A stretch of DNA of 64,000 bases from positions 9,681,200-9,745,199 of the forward strand of contig CM082593.2 in the NCBI GenBank assembly GCA_040954595.2, written 5' to 3'. The notes below the pieces were generated by a model. It saw only the letters and a program-made list of their open reading frames with translations, was not told the origin of the DNA and made no database searches. Each line of letters opens with the position of its first letter. Position 1 is the stretch's first letter. Positions 36,820-48,741 of this stretch are shown piece by piece. The position numbers were made by a program, and so were the translations under genes. The stretch is from Balanoglossus misakiensis (taxonomy: Eukaryota > Animalia > Hemichordata).

Positions 36820-38665
36820 GGAGGCCCATGCTGATAAGCCTGTTCAGGCTATTTTGAAACCCTTATAAATAGAAAAAAAATTGTAGCTTTCTGTCATTGT
36901 CACTCTCTTTCCTAAATAAAGTTATTTTCTTCCAATAAAATGTTGTTTTGAATTATCACTGATCGTCCAACTCTCTGCTTAAAAGGTCTAAAATCGGCAA
37001 GAACTTCTGTACTCTGTGTGTTTGTGTACGTGACCTGGTTTGAATGATGCGAAAGGGCGCCCTCTAGTGGCGATCGGTAGTAGGTGTTTTTCAAACGACT
37101 TTTTCGATTGGATATTTAACCCCCTTTCCGCGCAAATACTACATGGATTTTGGCCAATCAGATGACAGCTCTTTAAAGGCCTAGGCTTAGAGTTTTACTA
37201 CATGAGGGTTCCTTCAGCTGCAACGCCCGGACAGAAAGCTCAGTGACATCGGTAAATATCGTTTATTTCCACGATATCCTGCATCAATTATCGTCCAAAT
37301 TTGAAAAACGGAACCCCAATATTTGGATTCTGTGACATTCAGTGTCTATTCAGTCACAATTTCAGAGAGATCCGATCGAAAATGTTTGCGCGGATCAATC
37401 TAGAGTTAGCCGACCGGGTAGCCGACTCAGCGGTACCTACAGTTACATGGCGACGGACGCCAAGCATGTCCCTTGTACAGCGTGGCTTCGATCCTTACAC
37501 GTAAGTGTTGTTTAGGTGATGTTTTCGTTTCGTATATGTCGACTGCTTTAGTTATGGTTTCATTTGTAAAGTTTTATAATCAATTTTGTTTCATTTTGAT
37601 TCAGATTTGCCTGTTTTTTTTTGTTTTCTCGATATTACAGTGTCACATACAAAATCGCACAATCACTTCCGGGTTTTCGATTCGATATTATCGTGACATA
37701 GACAAGCGTTTCTTGCTTTCCGTTTGTATTTTTGTTTTCGTTTGATTGTGAATCCACCGTTATAACAAGGACTATCGTTTCGTATTCTGTTGAATTTATT
37801 ATTTATTGATGTAATTTTATTTCAGTTCAGTTTAATCGTTGTGATGATGAAAGACTTGTTTCCAGATGAAAGCACCAGTTCACGTTTCAATGGCATTGGT
37901 TTATTTTGTTATTGTAAGTTGTTTTTTTAATTTTGATTTTGTAATACTGGTGGTGGATTCTTTTATTGCTTTTGTGTGGTTTCTCATTCTGCCCTAGCTT
38001 ATTAAAAGTAAATTAATTCAGTAGCTGTAAATTATTTTAGTAGCTGTTGCTTGTAAATTTATTGAGAACATGTTTTTGTCTTAGAATGTACACACATTTC
38101 TGAAGATTGGTGAACACATTGAAAAGCTTACTTGTTCATTTTCTTTCTTTCTGTTACGACATAAGAAAATACCTGGTATTTTTCAGAAACAAAAATTTAA
38201 GACACTGGGCTGGTGTTTATATTATGACAGGGTTTGTGTGTGTATGTGTTCACTAATATTCACTCCCATATTTTGTTGAAATACACACGTAAGATCAATA
38301 TCAAACGAGAATTAAGTTACACAATTTTAAGCAGCGTAAAATTTCACTGCACCCAAAGTATTTTGTTTTTATTTTTGAAGTGCAACAAAATGCATGTTGA
38401 ATGTAACACATATAGTTATGGCATAATTGAGGTGGTTATATATATTTACATAGATCTTTTTATAGCAACAGTAGCTGACAAATTTGATATTCAAATCATA
38501 ATTACATGGTATTTTTCTCTATCATGTTGAAATGCTTATTGTCATTTTTGTGTAACATGCATTGCTACTGTACTGTGGAGGTGAATTTATCAAATGTTGG
38601 AGTTGCTGTCCCATTACTTGTAAACCGTTCAGTTGAACTAATTTTATTTAATTTTTTCATTTTAG

Positions 38666-41600
38666 ATCCAGTCTGCTGGAGGAGTGTACTAGTTGTGCTC
38701 ATTTGGCATTGACACATAAAGAAATTCTGGAACTTTACTTCACCAGTAAAAAGTTTGGATCACTGTTTCGCTGCAATCCCTTGAGTCTCCTCCTTACCTG
38801 GCTACAGCGGTTTGCTGCGGTCAACACAACAAATAGAACAGAGACACAGCTCCGTGCAAAGTGTACAAAGACAAATAAAAAGTATGAACAACTTGTAAGA
38901 AAATTTCAGAAAAGCAGAAATCAGAAAAATTCTGCAACTCTACATGGGAACATTATTTCTTACCTGATTGAAGAGTTTACATGGGGCCAAAGTTTTCTCA
39001 TTCCTGACCCAAAGCCCCCATCATTCTTACCTGACTCAAATCCCCCATCATTCTTACTCGCTGGTCCAAATCCGCCAAGTTATAATGATGTGATGCAAAT
39101 CGATAAGACGTCTAATGCTTTACCTCCACCATATGATCAAGTAACCCAACCCAATACTTACCTTGATGTCAACAATACCTGCCATCTGTCCCTAAGAAGT
39201 GGAACTAAATATTCCAAATCACCAAGTAAAGCCCAACTTAAAGATGACAAAAGAAAAGCAGAAATGAAAGTAGACAGAGCTCAGAAGAAACTTAAAGTAG
39301 TGACAGCTGAGAACAAAAGATACCATGCTGTAATTGGTGTGAAAGTGAGAGATATTATGCAAGAAAGAGATGATATGTTAGAGAGAGTGGAAAATTTGGA
39401 GGAAGAAAAAAAGAAGGCTGCACATGACGCTGTAAAAATGAAAAGTATGCAAACACAAATACAGACACTATCCAAGGAAAGAGACGCCAACAAAGAAAAA
39501 GCCACTCAGTGGAAGGATGCAGCAATGTCTCTGATTGATGAGTCCATGGATCACGTTACAGAATGTAAAAAGACAAAGAGAATGGAAAGGCAACTCAGGG
39601 AAGTTGAAAAAGAACAGAAAAAGTTAAAAACACAGCTCACACAAAAGGACAAAGAAATGACAACTCTGAAACAACGAATCAAAGAAGCAGAAGAAAATAT
39701 AGAAATTGATAGAGAGGCAGCTGCCATTTTCCTGGATGGTATTGTTAGTGAGTTGAAAGAGCAGTTGAAAGAGAAGACTGAGAAAGAGAAGGAGCTGCAG
39801 GAAACAATTCACAACTTGACATCTCTGGAAACCAAAGAAAAGGGTGGCCTATACAAAACTGAAATACGACTAGTGTATTATCACCTCCTGACATTAGGAG
39901 TCAGTTCAAACCAGATTGAATCTGTAATACGAACAGTACTAGGACACCTCTCTCCAATGGATTTGAAAGATGTCAAATTGCCGAAAAGATCCACAGCACA
40001 GAGATTAAAGTGTGAAGCAGGACAGCTTGCCACATTGAGGGGATTAGTGGAATGGTCAAAAAGAGAAAACAAAGATGTTGCCTATATGACAGATAAAACT
40101 ACAAAAGGCCAGCTTGAATGGCTAACTCATAAATTGGTCTTGTCTCCAAGCCATGATGAATGTGACACTGGCTCCCGAACTGTATTCACTCTAGGTCTCA
40201 CACCCATCGCTGGAGGCAAAGCTAAAGATACTCTAGATGACCTTCGAAAGTTACTTTCAGAACTTCAGAGACTAGGCACAGACATGAATTTGCAAGATGT
40301 GGAAGAAACATATAATGTAATCAATTTCAAAGCAAGAATGTCAGATAGAGCTGCAACGGAAGGAAAGTTAACAAAACTGCTATGTGAAATGAAGACAGAA
40401 GAATTAGAACGCCTACTACCAACATGGAATGAAATGACTGAAACAGAAAGAGATGAAAAAATAAGAATTCATGCATTCACATGTGGTGCACACAAATTGA
40501 CAAACATGACTGAAGCCATGAATAAAGCTGCTGTTAAATACCTGTATGCTGATGATCATGATAGCACTTTCAGGAGAATGCAAGGTGCAAAGAAGCACAT
40601 TTATGAAGCGGACAAATTGTTGTGTGAACAGAGTAAAAAGGAATATGCAAAAGGCAAAGACTTTAAGGCATTCTGTTTGTCACAGGACACACTCAAGAAA
40701 TCGGCCTCACAGCTTTTCACTCCTATTGTTGGGTCTCGCTACCTCATCTACTTTCATAACAGCCTCCCAACATATGTAGGTAGGCAGTTTATCCAGATTT
40801 TTCTTGTGGATCAGCGTGATTCAAAAGGTCACTGGAATAAGCTGGAAGCCAGTGTGTATGATGGTTACAATGATCTTCGTATCATGGCAGAGGAAAGAGC
40901 TTATGCAATACTCTACTATGAAGTCTGTTTGCCTTTAATGGTAAAAACAAAGTCAGTAAAACACATACTTGAAATGAATGAAATCTATGACGCAAGTGTG
41001 AAGAAACTGAAAGAATGGAGTGAAGATCCAGAAAGTCTCTTTGAAGGAAGTGAGAAACTTTGGACAGATGCAGTGAGAAATGAGAGTCACAAAATGTATA
41101 TGTTAGAAGTTCGACGTCCAGATGACACAGATAATAAGGTAAAGGAAATCTTGAAAGTGTGTTGTGCTGCTGGAGCGGAGAAATTGGCTCAACATGCTAG
41201 AGAGCATCTACCAGGGGGTGAATTTGCAGTGCCAACTCAACAGCAGATTCAAGCTGCCAGTCTACTGCCAGGGGCAACAAATGATCCTTGTGAAAGTGAC
41301 TTTGGTCTTCTTGATCAGATGAGTAAATCAGCCCCGTCTAGTAACCCAATGTCATTGTCGTCAGTGGTTCGTGCAAAGCGTGACAAGGCGACTGATTGGG
41401 CAATGAGACAAGACCAAGAACTGAAAGAAAAACTTGTCCATACAGCACAGAAAGAAGCAAAGAGACAGCACAAAATGGTAGGAACAAAGGATAGGCAGCT
41501 TCTTGCTCTAGAGGAGATTAAGAAGAAGGAACGAGAAGAAAAAATCAGGAAACGCCAAGCAGTTATGCAAAAGAAGGAAATGAAACAGGCAGAAATGAGA

Positions 41601-42056
41601 AAAGAGCTAGCTGAAGACACACTGATCAGAGACCAACAGAAAATCCGGAAATTAAGTGGTGCACAGTGTAACAGACAACTACAGCTTTGGAATTTACTTG
41701 CAGAAGATGTAAACATTAATAACTCTGAAAGACTGAAAGGAAGATCAAAATTAACAGTTGAACAGAAAAGGAAGCTATTGTTACAACTTGTGAAAACAAA
41801 TACAAATGTAATGCCCAAATTTAAGGAAAAAAATCCCTCTGTGGTAACTGTTGTGAACATGGACAGTTCATCAGATGATGACGACGACAACTTACCTCTA
41901 GCTGAAATCATCAGACCAAAGTCATACACTTCTGATGAGGAGTCTGAAGACAACTTACCTCTTTCCAAACTATGTCGCCGTGACACTGATGATGATGATG
42001 ATGATGATGACCAGCCATTATCAGATAACTTACCTCTTTCGAAGCTGATCAAATAA
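38666..42056 (+). CDS. Intact hAT-like transposase (1117-aa ORF from 38703, probable acceptor at 38665) with long N-terminal coiled coil
   Basis: LPKRSTAQR, YMTDKTT (D), MSDRAATE (D), CGAH (CxxH), GSRY, TNDPCESDFG (E); no stops. A phase-compatible first exon may lie at 37466-37500. Confidence 0.75.
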
Positions 42057-42124
42057 AGTCCCAAATGTGCAAACAAACATGTAAAGGCAACGCCAACAGA
42101 AAAACTGTTTTGACTTTTGTTTAA

Positions 42125-42787
42125 CCCTTTCAAGCCTGACAACCTATCACATATATTGATACTATTTAGCTATGATCCCAGAAGGCCAAAGAAGAACTTC
42201 AACATTACATTTAGGCTTATCTCTATGTCAGACTCAATTTCACTGCATATGGATTTAGACACAAACAAATAGGGCCCCTGGCGGAAATCTCTGCAAACCT
42301 CTGGCATTGTCTTGGTATCCTGGCTTGGTCAGCTCTACCTGTTACAGACATGTAAGTTCATTGCAGAGATTTCAGCCAGGGGCAAATGAACTGACAGACA
42401 TCAAGGCATAAATAGACCCCATTTTTGACCCCAATTTCACTGCATATGGATTTAGACACAAACAAATAGGGCCCCTGGCGGAAATCTCTGCAAACCTCTG
42501 GCATTGTCTTGGTATCCTGGCTTGGTCAGCTCTACCTGTTACAGACATGTAAGTTCATTGCAGAGATTTCAGCCACGGGCAAATGAACTGACAGACACCA
42601 AGGCATAAATAGACCCCATTTTTGTTGGTCTGCCTGTACCTGTTAGTCTGTCATTCAATCTACAAGAAATAGTCTGACACAGGGATAAACCTTCATACAA
42701 TGTTAAATCCTTTGCATGACTTTCTGAGAGCATAGCTAAAATTTACCAATCTTACAGAAGTCCAAGCGAAATTCAGGCCTGAAAGGG
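42125..42787. mobile_element. piggyBac-like non-autonomous element with an internal two-copy ~197-bp tandem duplication
   Basis: TTAA|CCCTTTCAAGCCTGA..TCAGGCCTGAAAGGG|TTAA; repeat at about 42235-42622. Confidence 0.8.
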
Positions 42788-43849
42788 TTAATCTATCCTG
42801 AAGCTGGTAAGGTGTATAGTGTAGAAACTTTTTGGCTGTACCTCTCAATATATCCTGTCACGATAACCTGTTTTAACTCCTTCAGTCATGTTGAAATGCC
42901 TAATTTTTCTCAATTGAGTGGAAAATTTGCAATAATTATCATAAAATGATAACTGTGAATGTTTAAATATGTGAAAATAGGCAAAAAAAGAGGAAAATGT
43001 GGCTTTGGTGCTTCGAATTTGACAACAAACCTAGCAGGGCTCATTGAAAAGCATGTATGACCTTTGACCTAGTGGGTGAGTCCAGAGTATAAAAAGTTAA
43101 GATTTCCAGCTGATTGTTATCAACATTTCTTAAGTTGTTGAATGATGCAAATAATAGATATGCAACATGTTTTGATGCCCTTTCAGCAGGATATGTCAAA
43201 ATAGCATGAACTGCCCTATTTTTGCTTATTAGACCCCTGGAAATCTGTAAATTTGCTTACCGGCAAAACATCTAATTTGCATAGGATTATCATATAATTT
43301 GCATATTTTTGCCAGAAAATTAATTTTTTCAGCGTCAATCATTATTTTGTGTATTGGACTAATATATCTGAAAGTTTCATTGACTTTCACTCAAAAATAA
43401 AAAAAATGATTTTTTTGGCCAAATTTGGCCATTTTTTAGTGGCAAACGATAAAATTGATATTTTTAAAAGCGTATATGTCTAAGTCATATCATATTTGTG
43501 ATAATTTGTTGTTATTTATTCTTTATTTGGGTATTTGTTGTCCAAGTTATACTGAAAAAAGATTGATTTCCGTGGTTTTTCTTTGTAAAATTTGGTCCTA
43601 AAATGGCAAGTTTGTCCTATTGTGCACCTTCCTGAAATTGTGGGAAATCACTCAATTTGCAATATTCAGCCCAAATTTTCTATAATTTTTAAGTCCGCCA
43701 AAGCTCTGAAATTTTTACACTGAATTATTCTTACAACAGACATAAGAAAAACACACAGAGTACATGATTCATGCCATCAACAATGTTATTGTTACAACTC
43801 AAACATGTGATTTTATCTTGATGTGGAAATAGACCCATTGGCCTCCCTA

Positions 43850-44830
43850 CATCTGGATAGGGAAGTGGCCACATATAGAGGAAGTGCCTTTGCAGAAAAT
43901 ACACAGCGCACATACTCTGTCCACTGGAAGTCATACATCTCCTTTTGTGTTATGATGGGTTACCCCCCTTTGCCAGCCAGTAGTGACCTGGTTTGTCGTT
44001 ACACAGCCTACTTAGCTCGCCGTCTAAAGTTCAACTCAGTGAAGCAGTATTTAAATATTATTCGTATTTTGCACTTAGAGCATGGCTTCGCCAATCCACT
44101 CCAAGACAATTGGCTGCTGACTATGCTGTTAAAGGGCATAGCCAAAGTTAAGGGAACTACAGTTGCCAGGAAGCTGCCTCTCACCCCCACATTGTTATTG
44201 GGCATTCACAGTCAGTTATGTTTTTCATCAGCCTTTGATTCTGTCTTTTGGGCAGCCTGCCTTGTGGGTTTCTTTGGGTTGCTGCGCAAATCCAATTTCT
44301 TAGTTCCTTCAGGCTCTAAGTTTGACCCAGACAAACATCTAACTAGGGCTTCCTTCCAGGTGCATGCATGGGGTCTCACCATCATTATTCAATGGACCAA
44401 AACGCTACAAACTCGGGATCGGGTTCTTCAAGTTCCTCTCCCATGGATTCGCAATCACCCATTATGCCCTGTTTCTGCAGTCCTTAGGGCATTTCAGCAT
44501 TCTAAGGGGGCACCCCCTACAGGCCCAGCCTTTGTCATCCCTGCAGGTAATGGTAGCTTCCGCCCGCTCACTGTCCCACAGTTCACCTCAAAGCTCCGCA
44601 CCCATCTTAGTCGCCTAGGGGTGCAGGTCAGTGAATATTCTTCACACAGTCTCCGTCGGGGAGGGGCATCCTGGGCAATACAGTGTGGGGTTCCCAGTGA
44701 TATAATTAAGCTGATGGGGGATTGGAGGAGTGACGCATACCTTCGTTACTTGGTCCTCCCCCTCCCTTTCAAAGTTAACTCTGTTAAGCTTTGTGCCAAA
44801 CAGCTTCCTTTTTCTACTTCTACATTGTAA
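43850..44830 (+). CDS. Ngaro tyrosine recombinase (separated from its N-terminus by the insertion)
   Basis: FFGLLRKSN (R), TKT (K), CPV, SSHSLRRGGA (HxxR), GDWRSDAYLRY (W, Y). Confidence 0.92.
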   Translation, partial: HLDREVATYRGSAFAENTQRTYSVHWKSYISFCVMMGYPPLPASSDLVCRYTAYLARRLKFNSVKQYLNIIRILHLEHGFANPLQDNWLLTMLLKGIAKVKGTTVARKLPLTPTLLLGIHSQLCFSSAFDSVFWAACLVGFFGLLRKSNFLVPSGSKFDPDKHLTRASFQVHAWGLTIIIQWTKTLQTRDRVLQVPLPWIRNHPLCPVSAVLRAFQHSKGAPPTGPAFVIPAGNGSFRPLTVPQFTSKLRTHLSRLGVQVSEYSSHSLRRGGASWAIQCGVPSDIIKLMGDWRSDAYLRYLVLPLPFKVNSVKLCAKQLPFSTSTL

Positions 44831-46832
44831 GCAAGTTTTCTATGACTACCACTACTATATTGGGTTTTTGGGAGAATTTTGTAGTAAACACAGACAGACT
44901 TCAACTGTCCATTAGTATGTGTTTTTGTCAGTATTAAAGTTTCCCCCAAAGTTGTGCCCAATTTGTGTGTCCCAGTGTGGTTTGTGTGTGAGAGCCAGTG
45001 TGCCTTAAGGAGTAGCTCTAAGTGAGCGCTGATTAAGGCGCGGTGGGGACAGTAGGGGTCCGTGTGCCAGCCAAACATATGCTGTGTCAAGACCGCCGGA
45101 GGGAAAGTTTCCCGGGCTTGTCATTGCCACTTTTGCATTCGGCAGAGCAGCAGGCTGGACACGGGACGCTATTGACCCACCCTCCCACCACACATTCCAG
45201 GGAATTTCTGCCTGTCTTTGTTGCTTTATATTATTTATATTTATTGTATTTATTAAAAGCATTGTTTGTATGCTTTGCATTGTTTTCATAGTTCTTTTGA
45301 TAGTGTAGTTTTCAGGGGGAGAATTTTGTAGTAAACACAGACAGACTTCAACTGTTCATTAGTATGTGTTTTTGTCAGTATTAAAGTTTTCCCCAAAGTT
45401 GTGCCCAATTTGTGTGTCCCAGTGTGGTTTGTGTGTGAGAGCCAGTGTGCCTTAAACATTTCATACAACACTGCCTACTAACAATAGTCATATCAATCTG
45501 ACAAGGGAAAATGAAAAAACACATCTTTTCAAATTAGCTTACTGTGCGGACCAATTTCATTAAGCTCCATTGAACAGCTATATTTTCTTGAATTCTGGTT
45601 TTATAATTAATTTTGATTGATTGACATGTGTTTTACATCTAAATGCATCGCTTTGGGAACATTTTCTCGTATGTATGAGATTATTAAATTGAACTTGTAT
45701 ATTTGCTGAGGGCAACTAAATGTTCAGTAAAGATGAGGAATGCTCAATGTTTGGATTGTCTTCAAAAAGATGACAACAACTCAAGTCTCAAAAACTCTTT
45801 GTTTTGAATTTTGAATTGTTTTTGTTGCATCAGTAACGACTTCACATGTGGATGCCACATTTTGATTCTTAGCAAATGTTGTATTTTGACAGAGAGGAGT
45901 CCATTCCTCAATCATATCACCCCGCAAACGGCCTGAACTCCAAAAACTTAGCGACAAAGCGTGAAGTACAGATGGTACCTATGAAGGATTATGCGGCTGA
46001 TCCACACCACATGATACTTCTCAAAGGTTATCAACTTGCTGGTAGGTATCTGTTGCTATGCAAATATTTGCTATCATACCATCCAGATTCTAAAGTTCAC
46101 AGGTCAAATATATAACTTGTTTACGTGGCCATTTACAACCAATTCATCATTTTGTGGTTTGTTAAGATTTTTATTACTCTAAATTGGTACTTCCATAAAA
46201 TGGTTGTAATATTTATTACACATCACGTATTGTTATGCGCTCCTGGTTGGCTAATACTAAATATGACAGAACTTCATGACCTCTGCACACGATCTGAGGC
46301 TTAAGGAAGTTATTTTCGCGAGTGATGCAGTGTCTTCTGTTGCAGTACTTTCACAAGCCAAGCATTTTATTCCCCATCATTTCAATGCCTGGCCAATGAA
46401 TTACACATCCTCCTGAAAATTGCTGGTAGGTGAGAAATCAGTTTCCATGGTTGCATCCTGGATGAAACACTGGTACAGGTTCAAGACAAGTTTAGTGATA
46501 TTGTGTAAATCCACAGAAGAATTTCACATCAACTGTATAATCTTCTATTTTTCTCATGATTGTGTTTCAGAAAAATCTGTGTCAAGTGGTGATACATAAG
46601 AGGTTGCCATCGTGAAACCTAAAACCATAGCAACCACTTCAGTGTCTACAACCACTACCACAACACAGCCACTGAAACCCGCATCAACAGTTACCATGTT
46701 TACAGCATCTACCTCCAGTATGACCTCAAATCCTCTCAAATCAACTGTTGGAAGTTCAACTCCAGGTAAAGTCTCCAGTGTTGCTTACGAGTCATTTGTC
46801 ATAATTAGACCACCAAGTGAAGTGTGAGATAT

Positions 46833-48741
46833 TTAACACCTATTGCCTGGCCATGAGGGCCATAGCGGCCGTTTATTACACCCGAGGGGCTGTGAGTTAC
46901 CAGAATCACATCCTATTTCTCGAGGCCGTAGGCCGAGGGAAATAGCGTATGATTCTGGTAACTCACAGCCACGAGGGTGTAATAAACGGCCGCTATGGCC
47001 CGAATATAGGCCAGGCTATAGGTGTTTTATAATAAACCTCATGCTAACAATTTATGTTTGCAATATTGAACAAGTTTAATTAAATACCTTGAATACGAAA
47101 TACAATAAATTCAACATGAACGGATGCTATAACCCGAATAAAACAGCTTACGGCTTATTATAATGTAATATGCAAAATTTGGTAAGCTGACAAAGTACAA
47201 CTTTTGACTGTCAATTGGCTTCGGATTCCATAAAGCCTAATTGTTGTGGATGTTGACGACGCATCCATGAAAGTTATAGTTCACTACTTTCTTACTACCG
47301 CTCACTTCTTGTTGAGTAACAAAATTAACCGGCGGCGGCGGAGAAGAAGTAGTCAGTTCACTCAGAAATGACCGTTGCAAGGGCGATGCCATTATCGGAG
47401 CTAGCGACGACTGCGGCTGTTCTATTGTTTGTGCGCCTTCTATCTGTTCGTTTGTCGACGAACTTCCTTGAATAGCACTGGAAAGTGTACGGCTCATTTC
47501 TCGCTTCTTGTCTTCACCAACTCTGCTATAACTTCTGATACTGGTCTCTGATTTGTGACCACTAACTCCCATGATATGCCGTGCCTCGAAGCCTTTGTCG
47601 TCCAGCGTTGTCACAGTGGTAGCACGCAAACAGTGGTTGGTGTACGTACGAGAACATTCAGCTTCGACAGATATTTTCTTCATTTTGTCGGCGAGCGTAT
47701 TTTTACCAACTGCTATGCTGTCATACCAAACAGAGTCATCTTGACTTTTCAGTGCTGGTTTTGGTCGCTGCCAAAAAGCCTCAGAGTTTGGGTTTAGCTT
47801 TGTTAAATACAATTCAAAAGACCAAACTGGACATAGCGAGTTTTCAGGAGTCTCGTACATCCTCCCTCCTTGACTCATTTCCGCGTCGTCTATACAGCCA
47901 CGGTGATTTTTCGTCAGCATATCTTTACAGAGCGACACATATTTCAGGCCTGTTGAATCACGTTGGACGACGAAGTGCGACTTCGTCATGTTACGTAGAT
48001 TTTCGCGGCCGCGATTGCATAGATACATCATAATATCAACGAAAACCTTGTTTTGTAACCCGCGTGGCGTTGACTTGTCAAGTGCAGACGACAACATCAT
48101 TTTTGTCATGTCATCTTTGGTAACGGGTTCTTTATGTTGCGTTGCACCCTTACCCTCGCCTTTCAGTTTTACAAGCATTGCAGTGAATACATCATTGGCA
48201 GGCTTGAAAATCTCACTGTGGATGATGTCGGTGCCGCACTGTTTCAGAAAATATCGTTGTAAGCCATATCGTATTGTTATCATTGACTTACTCGAATACA
48301 GCTGTGCGTTGTTCTGTCGAACCCCAGCGTAGAAATCCCGCAGCGTGAGACACAAATCGGCTGGCGCAGTCTTTTCCACGTCGGATATGGTAGTACCAAT
48401 TTCTTCACAAAACGAAGTAAAAATCCTCGTTGCGTATTGAATTACATATTTGGTGTTACGTGAATCCTTGTTGTCGACAAGGTGTTGCAGTTCTTGCTCC
48501 GACAAAAGGGAAAATCTTGCAATTTTCTCTTTAGGTTGGCATACGACATCTTCAGCGGTGGCCATTGTGCTAGCAGACGACGCGACGCTGATTGACATGA
48601 CCCTGTGACGTCACGTTGGTCACGTGACCGGTTTATATTTTTTCTGCTATTGCCCTATCGGTTCATAGTCGATTCTATTTTCCTATCACGTGACGGATTC
48701 TGGCGAATCACGGCACAGTATTAGCATGAGGTATATTATAA
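46833..48741 (-). mobile_element. Crypton DNA transposon, apparently complete
   Basis: Absent from copy 1 (GTGAGATAT|AGTAGAATATT at about 29681-29700); no TSD; ~190-bp terminal hairpin centred on GGCCGTAGGCC; single YR ORF. Confidence 0.9.
47237..48598 (-). CDS. Crypton tyrosine recombinase (DUF3504; KCTD1/ZMYM/QRICH1-like), 453 aa, intact
   Basis: LCNRGRENLR (R), TKNHRG (K), CPV..YL, VGKNTL, YTNHCLRAT (HxxR), SGHKSETSIRSY (H, Y). Confidence 0.92.
   Translation of the reverse strand: MSISVASSASTMATAEDVVCQPKEKIARFSLLSEQELQHLVDNKDSRNTKYVIQYATRIFTSFCEEIGTTISDVEKTAPADLCLTLRDFYAGVRQNNAQLYSSKSMITIRYGLQRYFLKQCGTDIIHSEIFKPANDVFTAMLVKLKGEGKGATQHKEPVTKDDMTKMMLSSALDKSTPRGLQNKVFVDIMMYLCNRGRENLRNMTKSHFVVQRDSTGLKYVSLCKDMLTKNHRGCIDDAEMSQGGRMYETPENSLCPVWSFELYLTKLNPNSEAFWQRPKPALKSQDDSVWYDSIAVGKNTLADKMKKISVEAECSRTYTNHCLRATTVTTLDDKGFEARHIMGVSGHKSETSIRSYSRVGEDKKREMSRTLSSAIQGSSSTNEQIEGAQTIEQPQSSLAPIMASPLQRSFLSELTTSSPPPPVNFVTQQEVSGSKKVVNYNFHGCVVNIHNN

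Larger units (their letters stand above)
36817..43849 (+). mobile_element. 7-kb divergent hAT-like DNA transposon (7-bp TSD, hATw-like) inserted in the Ngaro YR ORF
   Basis: TIR TAGGGAGGCC/GGCCTCCCTA; TSD CATCTGG at 36810-36816 and 43850-43856; removing it restores ..QLEEHLDREVATY.. of the recombinase. Confidence 0.85.
33499..45455 (+). mobile_element. Ngaro (DIRS-order) tyrosine-recombinase retrotransposon with split direct repeats
   Basis: A1 33499-33665, B1 ~44865-45008, A2 45007-45174, B2 ~45315-45455; gag, RT/RNase H, YR order; no TSD relative to the empty site at about 27183-27197. Confidence 0.92.

Noticed and set aside
41315-42142. 275-aa antisense ORF
   Set aside because: Ser/Phe/Leu-rich shadow of the Lys/Glu/Asp-rich transposase strand.
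47237-48598. Host KCTD1/ZMYM/QRICH1 gene
   Set aside because: Intronless, retains the full YR catalytic set and is absent from the paralogous empty site.
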